NCBI GenBank assembly: GCA_038087875.1
Contig: CM075988.1
Coordinates: 434,001-498,000, forward strand
Source: Malacoraja senta
Lineage: Eukaryota
DNA: 64,000 nucleotides
Direction of reading: 5' to 3'
In this document: positions 52,900 through 64,000 of the stretch, one piece after another
How the letters are laid out: the number at the start of each line of letters is the position of its first letter
Numbering within the stretch: position 1 is the stretch's first letter
Notes under the pieces: model-generated
Database searches by the model: none
Told to the model about the DNA's origin: nothing
The model's input: the letters and a program-made list of their open reading frames with translations, nothing else
Program-made: the position numbers and the translations under genes

Positions 52900-54119
52900 G
52901 TTGTCTTTACATCTTCGCAAAAACACTGCGTGGTGACGATTACATTATTACATATTCCGATTGACATTTTTCCCGTCGAGGCCGGGAGCAATATGCTTTA
53001 TTTCTCAACTTATCCTCGACTCATTACTGATTAAATGTCTAAAAAAGTCAAAAGACTTTGAAATTAAAACCACCAGCTTCAACTGATGATGTCACAATGG
53101 CGCAACTAGCAGAGACCAGCCTCAGTGAAGATTTAATCCTATATTTGACACGTTACTCGTGATTAAAGCTTTAAAAATGCCAACACACAAAATGTTTACA
53201 TATTCTGATTCACATTTTTCCCCTCAAGGCAGCGAGCACTTTCACTGAACATTTTATGCTTTATTTCTCAATTTATTACTGATTAAAGTTTAAAGAAATC
53301 AAAATACCTTCAATTTCAACTGACCAGCTTCAATTAATGATGTCACATTGGCTCGACTAGCAGGGGGAGGGCGAATTGCTATTGAAAAATGCAGGGCGTG
53401 CAATTTAATTTTTTTTAAATATCACTGCTGAGGAAGGCAAGGGGAATCTTACATTCAGGAATGGCTTGAGTTGGAGGACCACGCCTCACGTGGGAACTAT
53501 GGGTAGGGAACGGGTGCATTGGGGGAGTAGACCCAACAGGTCTGCCCTAGGTCTAGTATATACTAAAACTCTGATCTTGTACGTGTGTATATGTGTATAT
53601 GTGTGTGTATATGTGGGTGTCTTTACATATTCACAAAAACACTATGCAGTAACGATAACATTTTTACATATTCTGATTCACATATTTCCCCTCCAGGCCA
53701 AGATGACCTTATCTGAACATTTTATGCTTTATTTCTTGACATCTATATAATTAAAAATTAAATGTGACCACTTCCTGTTTGCACTGTATATTGATTTTAG
53801 AAAAAATGCTACCACTTACGGCTGTGATTTTTGGCCGCCCCCCTCCAGCTGATTTTTCTCATCGATGAAAAATAAAAGTCTTATTAATGTTTTAAAAATG
53901 TTGAGATTCTCTCTCCTGTCAATCACGCCATGAAGGCCACGCCCCTTCCGGTGAGAGGGGGAGGGACTATAAAACCCGGACGTGTGGACCTGCGTCAGTC
54001 ACTGCAAGATGGGGGAGGGAGAGGTTACAGCTCTCTGTCTGAGCTGTGAATCAACTGAACACTGAACACATGTCTACTAGACTGTGAGTGTGGTTTTACT
54101 GACCTGTGAGTGCCCTTAA

Positions 54120-54612
54120 TGTGGTTTGAAATTGAAGGTTGAAAATGTGGTTGGTTTGAAAAGCAAATTTGGTTGATTTGAAAAAGCAAGTGTGGTTTGT
54201 TTGAAAAGGCAAGTGTGGTTGGTTTGAAAAGGCAAGTGTGGTTGGTTTAAAATGGCAAGTGTGGTTGCTTTGAAAAGGCAAGTGTAGTTGCTTTGAAAAG
54301 GCAAGTGTGGTTACATGAGGGAGTAACATGAGGGGGAACTTCTTTACTCAGAGAGTGGTGGCTGTGTGGAATGAGCTTCCAGTGAAGGTGGTGGAGGCAG
54401 GTTCGTTTTTATCATTTAAAAATAAATTGGATAGTTATATGGACGGGAAAGGAATGGAGGGTTATGGTCTGAGCGCAGGTATATGGGACTAGGGGAGAAT
54501 ACGTGTTCGGCACGGACTAGAAGGGTCGAGATGGCCTGTTTCCGTGCTGTAATTGTTATATGGTTATATGGTTATATGGTTGCTTTGAAAAGGCGAGTGT
54601 GGTTGCTTTGAA
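54120..54612. repeat. 23-bp minisatellite (gtgtggttggtttgaaaaggcaa)n, interrupted by a CR1-B 3' fragment (about 54313-54580)
   Basis: Directly visible; the insert carries a (tatatggt)n tail. Confidence 0.85.
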
Positions 54613-55045
54613 AATTTATACAATTAAAAGTCAAATCCTGACCACTTCCTGTTTGTGCTGTATATTGATTTTAGAAAAATTGCTGCCACTTACGGCTGTG
54701 ATTTTTGGCCATCTTACTCAGAGTCCCCCTCCAGCTGTCAGGGCCAGAGGATTTATCCGATCGATGAAAAATAAAAGACATTACTTTAAAAAAAATGTTG
54801 AGATTCTCTCTCCTGTCAATCACGCCATGAAGGCCACGTCCCTTCCGGTGGGATGGGGGGCCTATAAAACTCGGAAGTGTGGACGTGCCGCAGTCGCTGC
54901 CAAATGGGGAGGGAGAGATCACGACTCTCAGTCTGAGCTGTGAATCAACTGAATACTGAACACATGTCTACTAAACCGTGAGTGTGGTTTTATGTGCTTT
55001 TATGTGGTTTATTTGGAACTGTGTTTGGAAGGAATACATTTTTTT

Positions 55046-55530
55046 ATGTGCCTTTTGACTGTGGAGCTAATTGAGAAGTGTGCCTTTCGACTGTGTTGCT
55101 AATTGAAAAGTGTGCCTTTTGACTGTGCCGCTAATTGAAAAGTGTGCCATTTGACTGTGCCGCAAATTGAAGTGTGCCTTTTGACTGTGCCGCTAATTGA
55201 AAAGTGTGCCTTTTGACTGTGCCGCTAATTGAAAAGTGTGCCTTTTGACTGTGCCGCTAATTGAAAAGTGTGCCTTTTGACTGTGCCGCTAAGTGAAAAG
55301 TGTGCCTTTTGACTGTGCCGCTAATTGAAAAGTGCCTCCACTCTGCTTGATGTGCTGTGCGGTTGGATTTCCTGCCTGCACTCTGCTTGGAGTGCAGTGA
55401 GGTTGGACTTGCTGCCTGCAATCTGCTTGCTGTGAGGTTGGACTTGCTGCCTGCACTCTGCTTGGAGTGCTGTGAAGTTGGACTTGCTACCTGCACTGTG
55501 CTTGGAGTGCTGTGAGGTTGAACTTGCAAT
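55046..55530. repeat. 32-bp minisatellite (gaaaagtgtgccttttgactgtgccgctaatt, about 9 copies) followed by an array of about 42-bp units
   Basis: Directly visible. Confidence 0.9.
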
Positions 55531-55907
55531 GTTTTAAGACTCATTCACATTTTAAACTTTAATAAATCCTTTTTCCACTTGCCATGTCTGTGTGTTCTTC
55601 ATCACAATGGGTACCTAATGGGCAGGAATGGCTGCGCTGTCGGAGAGCCACTAAGAGTGCATGGGGGGGCAGGTTGATGGAAGATGGACTGAATGCGTGG
55701 GGGGAAGGGGAATGGCAAGCAGCAGAGTTGGGGGGTGAAGGGAGGTGGGGTATCTGAGTGAACTGCCACCACACCAGCTGTAAGTGACTGAACTGCCAGC
55801 CCACCAGCCATGACTCACTGAACTGCAAGACCAAGAATCCATTCAGTCCACGATGTCCATACTAGCCCTCTGGAAGCCAGTCCCTACAGCCCACAACACC
55901 CATTCTA

Positions 55908-57766
55908 TGGTGCCAGGATCCAGGATGTCACGGACAGAGTGCAGAAAATCTTCAAGGGCGAAGGTGAACAGCCGGAAGTGGTAGTGCATGTCGGCACAAA
56001 CGATGTCGGAAAGAAGGAGATGAATATTCTGCAGCGTGACTTTAGAGAGCTCGGTAAAATGCTGAAAAGCAGAACCTCCAGGGTTGTAATCTCTGGTTTG
56101 CTTCCAGTTCCTCGTGCTGGCGAGAACAGGAACAGGAAGATACAGGACCTGAATGTGTGGCTGTGCAACTGGTGCAGGGGGCAGGGATTTAGATTCTTAG
56201 ATCACTGGGAACTGTTTTGGAGTAAGGGGGAGCTGTACAAAAGGACAGATTGCATCTTAACAGGTGGGGGACCAGCATTCTGGCAGGCAGGTTTGCCACT
56301 GCTACACGGGTGGTTTTAAACTGAATAAGGGGGGTGGGGTGTCAAATGGGATAGTCGAGGACGGAGTTATAGGGAAAGAGAGTAAAGGGATGGTTAATGA
56401 CCCCAGAATTAACGGGAAAGGAAGCTCACAAAGGGATAGGAGACTATGCCCTAGTGTAATAGGGATCGATGTGAAAGGTGAGATGCGTAAGGAATTAAAA
56501 GTATTGTATATGAATGCGCGAAGTATAAGAAGTAAAGTAGATGAGCTTGAGGCTCAGTTAGAGGTTGGTAGATATGACATTGTAGGGATTACTGAGACGT
56601 GGCTGCAGGAGGATCGGGCCTGGGAACATAATATTCAGGGTTATACATCCTAAAGAATGGACAGGCAGGTGGGAAGAGGAGGGGGGTAGCTCTGCTGTTG
56701 AGGGATGGAATTCAGTCCCTTGCGAGGGAAGGCACAGGGACTGACGAGGTAGAGTCACTGTGGATTGAGTTGAGGAATTGTAAAGGCAAGAAGACACTAA
56801 TTGGTGTTATCTACAGACCCCCAAATAATAGCCCGGATGTAGGGTGTAAGTTGCAGCAGGAGTTAAAACTGGCATGTAACAACGGTAATGCCACTGTGGT
56901 GATGGGGGATTTCAATATGCAGGTCGACTGGGAAAATCAGGTTGGTTCAGGACCCCAAGAAAGAGAGTTTGTAGAATGCCTCCGAGATGGATTCTTAGAG
57001 CAGCTTGTAATGGAGCCGACCAGAGAACAGGCAATTCTGGATTTAGTGTTGTCCAATGTCAGATATGATAAGAGAACTCGAGGTAAAGGAACCGCTTGGA
57101 GGTAGGGATCATAATATGATTAGTTTTAATCTGCAATTTGAGAAGGACAACGTTAAATTGGAAGTGGCAGTGATGCAGTTGAACAAAGGGGACTATGAAG
57201 GCATGAGAGGGGAGCTGGCCAAAGTAGACTGGAAAGGGATCCTAGCAGGAATGACGGTGGAACAGCAATGGCAGGAATTTCTGGGCATAATCCGGGAGAC
57301 GCAGGATCATTTCATTCCAAAAAGGAAGAAAGATTCTAAGGGGAGTAGGAGGCAACCGTGGCTGACAAGAGAAGTTAGGGATAGAATAAAACTAAAAGAA
57401 AAGATGTATAACACAGCAAAGAGCAGCCGGAAGCCCGAGGATTGGGAAACTTTCATAGGACAACAGAAGGAAACAAGACGGGCAATACGGGCTGAAAAGA
57501 TGAAGTACGAGGGGAAGCTGGACAGGAATATAAAGAAGGACAGTAAAAGTTTCTTTAGATATGTTAAGGGAAAAAGAAAAGCCAAGTCAAATGTGGGTCC
57601 CTTGAAGGCAGACACGGGTGAAATTATTATGGGCAACAAGGAAATGGCAGAAGAGTTGAATAGGTACTTCGGATCTGTCTTCACTAAGGAAGACTCAAAC
57701 AATCTCCCCGTTATACTGGAGGACAGAGGATCTAAGGGTATAGAGGAACTGAAAGAAATTTTCATT
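55908..57766 (+). mobile_element. CR1 subfamily A: ORF1 3' half (esterase) plus ORF2 APE/linker, degenerate
   Basis: VVVHVGTND; LYMNARS, ITETWL, GDFN. Confidence 0.93.
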
Positions 57767-59756
57767 AAAACACTGATTGGCTCTAGCCCAAGAGGGAGGA
57801 GCCCAAGAGGGAGGAGAGACGTGAGTCAGAGGGGGGAAAACAGTTGAAAAGGAGAGGCAAAGCACAGGCAGACTTTACTCAGAGCTGCTGTAGATTTGGA
57901 AGCAACAGCAGGAGAAGATTAGCAAGAGAAAACACTGATTGGCTCTAGCCCAAGAGGGAGGAGAGAAGTGAGTCAAAGCGGGGAAAACAGTTGAAAACTG
58001 AGGAATTTGGATTGTAAATTGATAAATTAGGCAATTTATCAGTCAATATAAGCAAGACTGCTCTTAGGGAGCGGCCTTGTGAGAAAAGTGTGAGTCTTTG
58101 GCTCTAGAGTCTTCGGCGAGGAGGCTGAGGGAGGACGCTACGCAAAACACTGCAGAGGGAGAGACGAAAGAAGGAGATGTCAGGCAAGCTGATTCAGTGT
58201 GATGCTTGCAGTATGTGGGAGGTCAAGGACACTGCTGGTGCCTCTGGCTGCTACAAATGTGAGAAGTGCATCCAGGTACAGCTCCTGAAGGGCCGTGTTG
58301 GGGAACTGGAGAAGCAAGTGGATGACCTCAGGTTTTTCCGAGAAACGGAGTCGTTCCTCGACAAGTCCTACAGTAAGATTGTTACACCTAAGGTACTGGA
58401 AGAGAGAAGGTGGGAGACAGTGAGAAAGGGAGGGAAGCATGGAATGCAAACGTCCCCGGGTGTTGTACCTCTTGTGAACAGGTTCACCCACTTAGAAGCT
58501 GTCGGGACAGAAGACGTTTTAACACTGAGCGACAGACTGGCTTGCGATGCGAATAGGGCTGTTGAGCCAGAACCAAAAAGGCCAAAGTCAGGCAACGCCA
58601 TTGTAGTGGGAGACTCCATTGTGAGAGGTACGGACAGGGGTTTCTGCGGCAACAGACGGGATTCGAGGATGGTGTGCTGCCTTCCTGGTGCCAGGATCCA
58701 GGATGTCACGGACAGAGTGCAGAAAATCCTCAAGGGCGAAGGAGAACAGCCGGACGTGGTAGTGCATGTCGGCACAAACGATGTCGGAAAGAAGGGGATG
58801 AATATTCTGCAGCGTGACTTTAGAGAGCTCGGAAAAATGCTGAAAAGCAGGACCTCCAGGGTTGTTATCTCCGGTTTGCTTCCAGTTCCTCGTGCTGGCG
58901 AGAGCAGGAACAGGGAGATACGGGACCTGAATGTGTGGCTGAGGAACTGGTGCAGGGGGCAGGGATTTAGATTCTTAGACCACTGGGATATGTTTTGGAG
59001 TAAAAGGGAACTGTACAAAAGGGACGGATTGCATCTTAACAGGTGGGGGACCAGCATTCTGGCAGGCAGGTTTGCCACTGCTACATGGGTGGTTTTAAAC
59101 TGAATAAGGGTGGTGGGGTGTCGAATGGGATAGTTGAGGATGGAGTTAAAGGAAAAGGGTTTCTTAAATGTGTGAGCGTAGACACAGAGGGGTGTAAAAT
59201 GAGGGTAGAAGCAATAAGTAGCAAGGTGAAAAGTAAAAGTGGCAGGCAGAGCAAAATCCAGGGCACAAATCAAAAAGGGCCACTTTTCAACATAATTGTA
59301 TAAGGGGTAAGAGTGTTGTAAAAACAAGCCTAAAGGCTTTGTGTCTCAATGCAAGGAGCATTCGTAATAAGGTGGATGAGTTGAATGTGCAGATAGCTAT
59401 TAATGACTATGATATAGTTGGGATCACGGAGACATGGCTCCAGGGTAACCATGGCTGGGAGCTGAACATCCAGGGATATTCAATATTCAGGAAGGATAGA
59501 CAGAAAGGGAAAGGAGGTGGGGTAGCATTGCTGGTTAGAGAGCAGATTAACGCAATAGAAAGGAAGGACATTAGCTTGGAGGATGTGGAATCAATATGGG
59601 TAGAGCTGCGAAACACTAAGGGGCAGAAAACGCTAGTGGGAGTTGTGTACAGGCCACCTAACAGTGGTAGTGGAGTTGAGGATGGTATCAAACAGGAAAT
59701 TAGAAATGCGTGCAACAAAGGTAAAACAGTTATAATGGGTGACTTCAATCTACATA
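57767..59756 (+). mobile_element. CR1 5' portion: 5' UTR, intact ORF1 and start of ORF2
   Basis: Tandem 5' UTR units, ORF1 at 58177-59103, APE motifs from 59339; cut by CR1-B at about 59757. Confidence 0.93.
58177..59103 (+). CDS. CR1 ORF1p (C4 zinc finger, coiled coil, SGNH esterase), intact 308 aa
   Basis: CDAC...CEKC, heptad leucines, VGDSIVR, HVGTND, DGLHLN. Confidence 0.9.
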   Translation: MSGKLIQCDACSMWEVKDTAGASGCYKCEKCIQVQLLKGRVGELEKQVDDLRFFRETESFLDKSYSKIVTPKVLEERRWETVRKGGKHGMQTSPGVVPLVNRFTHLEAVGTEDVLTLSDRLACDANRAVEPEPKRPKSGNAIVVGDSIVRGTDRGFCGNRRDSRMVCCLPGARIQDVTDRVQKILKGEGEQPDVVVHVGTNDVGKKGMNILQRDFRELGKMLKSRTSRVVISGLLPVPRAGESRNREIRDLNVWLRNWCRGQGFRFLDHWDMFWSKRELYKRDGLHLNRWGTSILAGRFATATWVVLN

Positions 59757-62700
59757 TAACCATATAACAATATAACCATAACAGCACGGAAACAGGCCAT
59801 CTCAGCCCTTCAAGTCCATGCCGAACGCTTTTTTTGTTGTTTTTTTTTGTTTTTTTGTACTTCCTCCTTGTCCCATCTACCTGCACTCAGACCATAACCC
59901 TCCATTCCTTTCCCGTCCATATACCTATCCAATCTATTTTTAAAGGATAACATCACTTCCACTGGAAGCTCATTCCACACAGCTACCACTCTCTGAGTAA
60001 AGAAGTTCCCCCTAATGTTACCCCTAAACTTCTGTCCCTTAATTCTCAAGTCATGTCCCCTTGTTTGAATCTTCCCTACTCTCAATGGGAAAAGCTTATC
60101 CACGTCCACTCTGTCTAAACCGCTCATAATTTTAAAGACCTCTATCAAGTCCCCTCTTAACCTTCTGCGCTCCAAAGAATAAAGACCTAACTTGTTCAAC
60201 CTTTCTCTGTAACTTAGTTGCTGAAACCCAGGCAACATTCTAGTAAATCTCCTCTGTACTCTCTCTATTTTGTTGACATCCTTCCTATAATTAGGCGACC
60301 AAAATTGTACTCCATACTCCCGAATTGGCCGCACCAATGCCTTGTACAATTTTAACATTACATCCCAACTTCTATATTCAATGCTCTGATTTATAAAGGC
60401 CAACACACCAAAAGCTTTTTTTACCACCCTATCTACATGAGATTCCACCTTCAGGGAACTATGCACAGTTATTCCTAGATCCCTCTGTTCAACTGCATTC
60501 CTCAATTCGCTACCATTTACCATGTACGTCCTATTTTGATTTGCCCTGCCGAGATGTAGCACCTCACATTTGTCAGCATTAAACTCCATCTGCCATCTTT
60601 CAGCCCACTCTTCAAAATGGCCTAAATCTCTCTGTAGACTTTGAAAATCTACTTCATTATCCACAACACCACCTACCTTAATATCATCTGCATACTTACT
60701 AATCCAATTTTCCACACCATCATCCAGATCATTGATGTACATGACAAACAACAGTGGACCCAACACAGATCCCTGAGGCACCCCACTAGTCACCGGCCTC
60801 CAACCAGACAAACAGCCATCCACCATTACTCTCTGGCATCTCCCATTCAGGCACTGTTGAATCCATCTTGCTACTCCACCATTAATACCCAACAATTGAA
60901 TCTTCTTAACCAACCTTCCATGAGGAACTTACTGAAGTCCATATAGACAACTACCACTGCTTTACCCTCATCAATTTCCCTAGTAACCGCTTCGAAAAAT
61001 TCAAGAAGATTAGTCAAGCATGACCTTCCAGGCACAAATCCATGTTGACTGTTCCTAATCAGACCCTGCTTATCCAGATGCTTATATATATTATCTTTAA
61101 GTATCCTTTCCATTAATTTGCCCACCACTGACGTCAAACTAACAGGTCTATAATTGCTAGGTTTTTAAACAACGGAACAACATGCGCAGTACGCCAATCC
61201 TCCGGAACTATTCCCGTTTCTAATGACATTTGAAATATTTTGGTCATAGCCCCTGCTATTTCTACACTAACTTCCCTCAATGTCCTAGGGAATATCCTGT
61301 CAGGACCTGGAGACTTATCCGTTTTCATATTTTTCAAAAGTGTCCGCACCTCCACTTCTTTGAATCTCACAGTTTCCATTGCTACTCTGCTTGTTTCCCT
61401 TACCTTTCCATATCCTTCTCCTTGGTGAATACCGATGAAAATAAATTGTTCAATATCTCCCCCATCTCTTTTGGCTCTGCAGATAGCTGTCCACTCTGAC
61501 TCTCTAATGGACCAATTTTATTCCTTGTTATCCTTTTGCTATTAATATAGCTGTAGAAACCTTTTGGATTTACTTTCACCTTACTTGCCAAAGCAACCTC
61601 ATATCTTCTTTTAGCTTTTCTAATTTCTTTCTTAATATTCTTTTTACATTCTTTATACTCCTCAAGCACCTCATTTACTCCATGCTGCCTATAATTATTG
61701 TAGATCTCTCTCTTTTTCCGAACCAAGTGTCCAATTTCCCTTGAAAACCATGGCTCTTTCCAATTTTTACTATGTCCTTTCAACCAAACAGGGACATAAA
61801 GATTCTGTACTCTTAAAATGTCACCCTTAAATGTCCTCCATTTCTCTTCTACATCCTTCCCATAAAACAACATGTCCCAATTCACTCCTTTTAAATCCTT
61901 TCGCATCTCCTCAAAGTTAGCCTTTCTCCAATCAAAAATCTCAACCCTAGGTCCAGTTCTGACCCTCTCCATAATTATATTAAAACTAATGGTATTGTGA
62001 TCACTGGACCCGAAGTGGTCCCCGGCGCATACCTCCGCCACCTGCCCTGTCTCATTTCCTAACAGGAGGTCCAGCACTGCCCCTTCTCTAGTAGGTACCT
62101 CTATGTATTAACCATATAACCATATAACCATATAACCATTACAGCACGGAAACAGGCCATCTCGGCCCTTCAAGTCCGTGCCGAAATTTTTTTTTTAAAT
62201 TTTTTTTTTTTAAAATAAATACTTCCCCCTAGTCCCATCTACCTGCACTCAGACCATAACCCTCCATTCCTTTCCCGTCCATATACCCATCCAATCTATT
62301 TTTAAAGGATAAAATCGAACCAGCCTCCACCACTTCCACTGGAAGCTCATTCCACACAGCTACCACTCTCTGAGTAAAGAAGTTCCCCCTAATGTTACCC
62401 CTAAACTTCTGTCCCTTAATTCTCAAGTCATGTCCCCTTGTTTGAATCTTCCCTACTCTCAATGGAAAAAGCTTATCCACGTCAACTCTGTCTAACCCGC
62501 TCATAATTTTAAAGACCTCTATCAAGTCCCCTCTTAACCTTCTGCACTCCAAAGAATAAACACCTAACTTGTTCAACCTTTCTCTGTAACTTAGTTGCTG
62601 AAACCCAGGCAACATTCTAGTAAATCTCCTCTGTACTCTCTCTATTTTGTTGACATCCTTCCTATAATTAGGCGACCAAAATTGTACTCCATACTCCAGA

Positions 62701-64000
62701 ATTGGCCTCACCAATGCCTTGTACAATTTTAACATTGCATCCCAACTTCTATATTCAATGCTCTGATTTATAAAGGCCAGCACCCCAAAAGCTTTCTTTA
62801 CCACCCTATCTACATGAGATTCCACCTTCAGGGAACTATGCACAGTTATTCCTAGATCCCTCTGTTCAACTGCATTCCTCAATTCTCTACCATTTACCAT
62901 GTACGTCCTAATTTGATTTGTCCTGCCGAGATGTAGTACCTCACATTTATCAGCATTAAACTCCATCTGCCATCTTTCAGCCCACTCTTCCAAATGGCCT
63001 AAATTTCTCTGTAGACTTTGAAAATCTACTTCATTATCCACCACACCACCTATCTTAGTATCATGTGCATACTTACTAATCCAATTTTCCACACCATCAT
63101 CCAGATCATTGATGTACATGACAAACAACAGTGGACCCAACACAGACCCCTGAGGCACCCCACTAGTCACCGGCCTCCAACCTGACAAACAGCCATCCAT
63201 CATTACTCTCTGGCATCTCCCATTCAGCCACTGTTGAATCCATCTTGCTACTCCACCATTAATACCCAACAATTGAATCTTCTTAACCAACCTTCCATGA
63301 GGAACCTTGTCAAAGGCCTTACTGAAGTCCATATAGACAACATCCACTGCTTTACCCTAATCAATTTCCCTAGTAACCTCTTCGAAAAATTCTAGAAAAT
63401 TAATCAAACATGACCTTCTAGGCACAAATCCATGTTGACTGTTCCTAATCAGACCCTGCTTATCCAGATGCTTATATATATTATCTTTAAGTATCCTTTC
63501 CATTAATTTGCCCACCACTGACATCAATCTAACAGGTCTATAATTGCTAGGTTTTCTCTTAGAACCCTTTTTAAACAACGGAACAACATGCGCAGTACGC
63601 CAATCCTCCGGCAATATTCCCGTTTCTAATGACATTTGAAATATTTCTGTCATGGCCCCTGCTATTTCTACACTAACTTCCCTCAATGTCCTCGGGAATT
63701 GCTGGGTATTGCTGGGTATTGCTGCAAAAAACTATCCTGCACACATTTTACAAACTCCAAACCATCCAGCCCTTTTACAGAATGTGTTTCCCAGTCTATG
63801 TGTGGAAAATCTCCCACAATCACTACCTTGTGCTTACTACTAATATCTGCTATCTCCTTACATATTTGCTCTTCCAATTCTCGCTCCCCATTTGGCGGTC
63901 TATAATACACCCCTATAAGTGTTGCTACAACTTTCCCATTTCTCAGTTCCACCCAAATAGCCTCCCTAGACAGGCCCTCTAATCTATCCTGCCAAAGCAC
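59757..64000 (-). mobile_element. CR1 subfamily B (59757-62109 and 63716-64000), interrupted by another CR1-B
   Basis: ORF2 fragments; host sequence tatgtatt|gctgcaaaaaac resumes at 63716-63721. Confidence 0.93.
62110..63715 (-). mobile_element. CR1 subfamily B 3' half nested in its own family
   Basis: RT ORFs at 62229-63686; (tatatggt)n tail; TSD GTATT at 62105-62109 and 63716-63720. Confidence 0.93.

Noticed and set aside
55046..55340. CRISPR-like 32-bp repeats
   Set aside because: Contiguous tandem units with no unique spacers, in a eukaryotic context with no cas genes.
58177..59103. Host SGNH esterase gene
   Set aside because: It is CR1 ORF1, sitting between the CR1 5' UTR and the APE domain.
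58368..59327. 319-aa antisense ORF, and similar antisense ORFs over CR1/Penelope
   Set aside because: Shadow frames of TE coding sequence with no recognisable domain.

Overview
Repeat-dense vertebrate genomic DNA, probably from a cartilaginous fish (inferred from the HE1/V-type SINEs and the esterase-ORF1 CR1 and Penelope content), with a 200-N assembly gap at 46148-46347. The only recognisable host gene is the 5' half of UNC93B1 (endosomal TLR chaperone) on the + strand. It has four clearly homologous coding exons (26814-26949, 28715-28868, 29368-29529, 34075-34204) and a probable start-codon exon (18274-18363). No later exon was found in the remaining 30 kb. Almost everything else is nested transposable elements: several CR1 subfamilies, Penelope (GIY-YIG, hammerhead-like cores), Gypsy, Rex1, L1, L2, Tc1, Harbinger, ISL2EU-like, hAT-like MITEs, Helitron-like elements, SINEs and microsatellites. 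Highlights: (i) three CR1 copies end ORF1 with the in-phase slippery heptamer U_UUA_AAC followed by a stop, with ORF2 open in the -1 frame in two of them and no AUG ahead of the endonuclease in one, suggesting programmed -1 frameshifting; (ii) degenerate echo copies of splice junctions beside three consecutive UNC93B1 exons; (iii) a composite segment of about 3 kb present as two inverted copies bracketing UNC93B1 exons 1-5; (iv) a five-level TE nest in intron 1.
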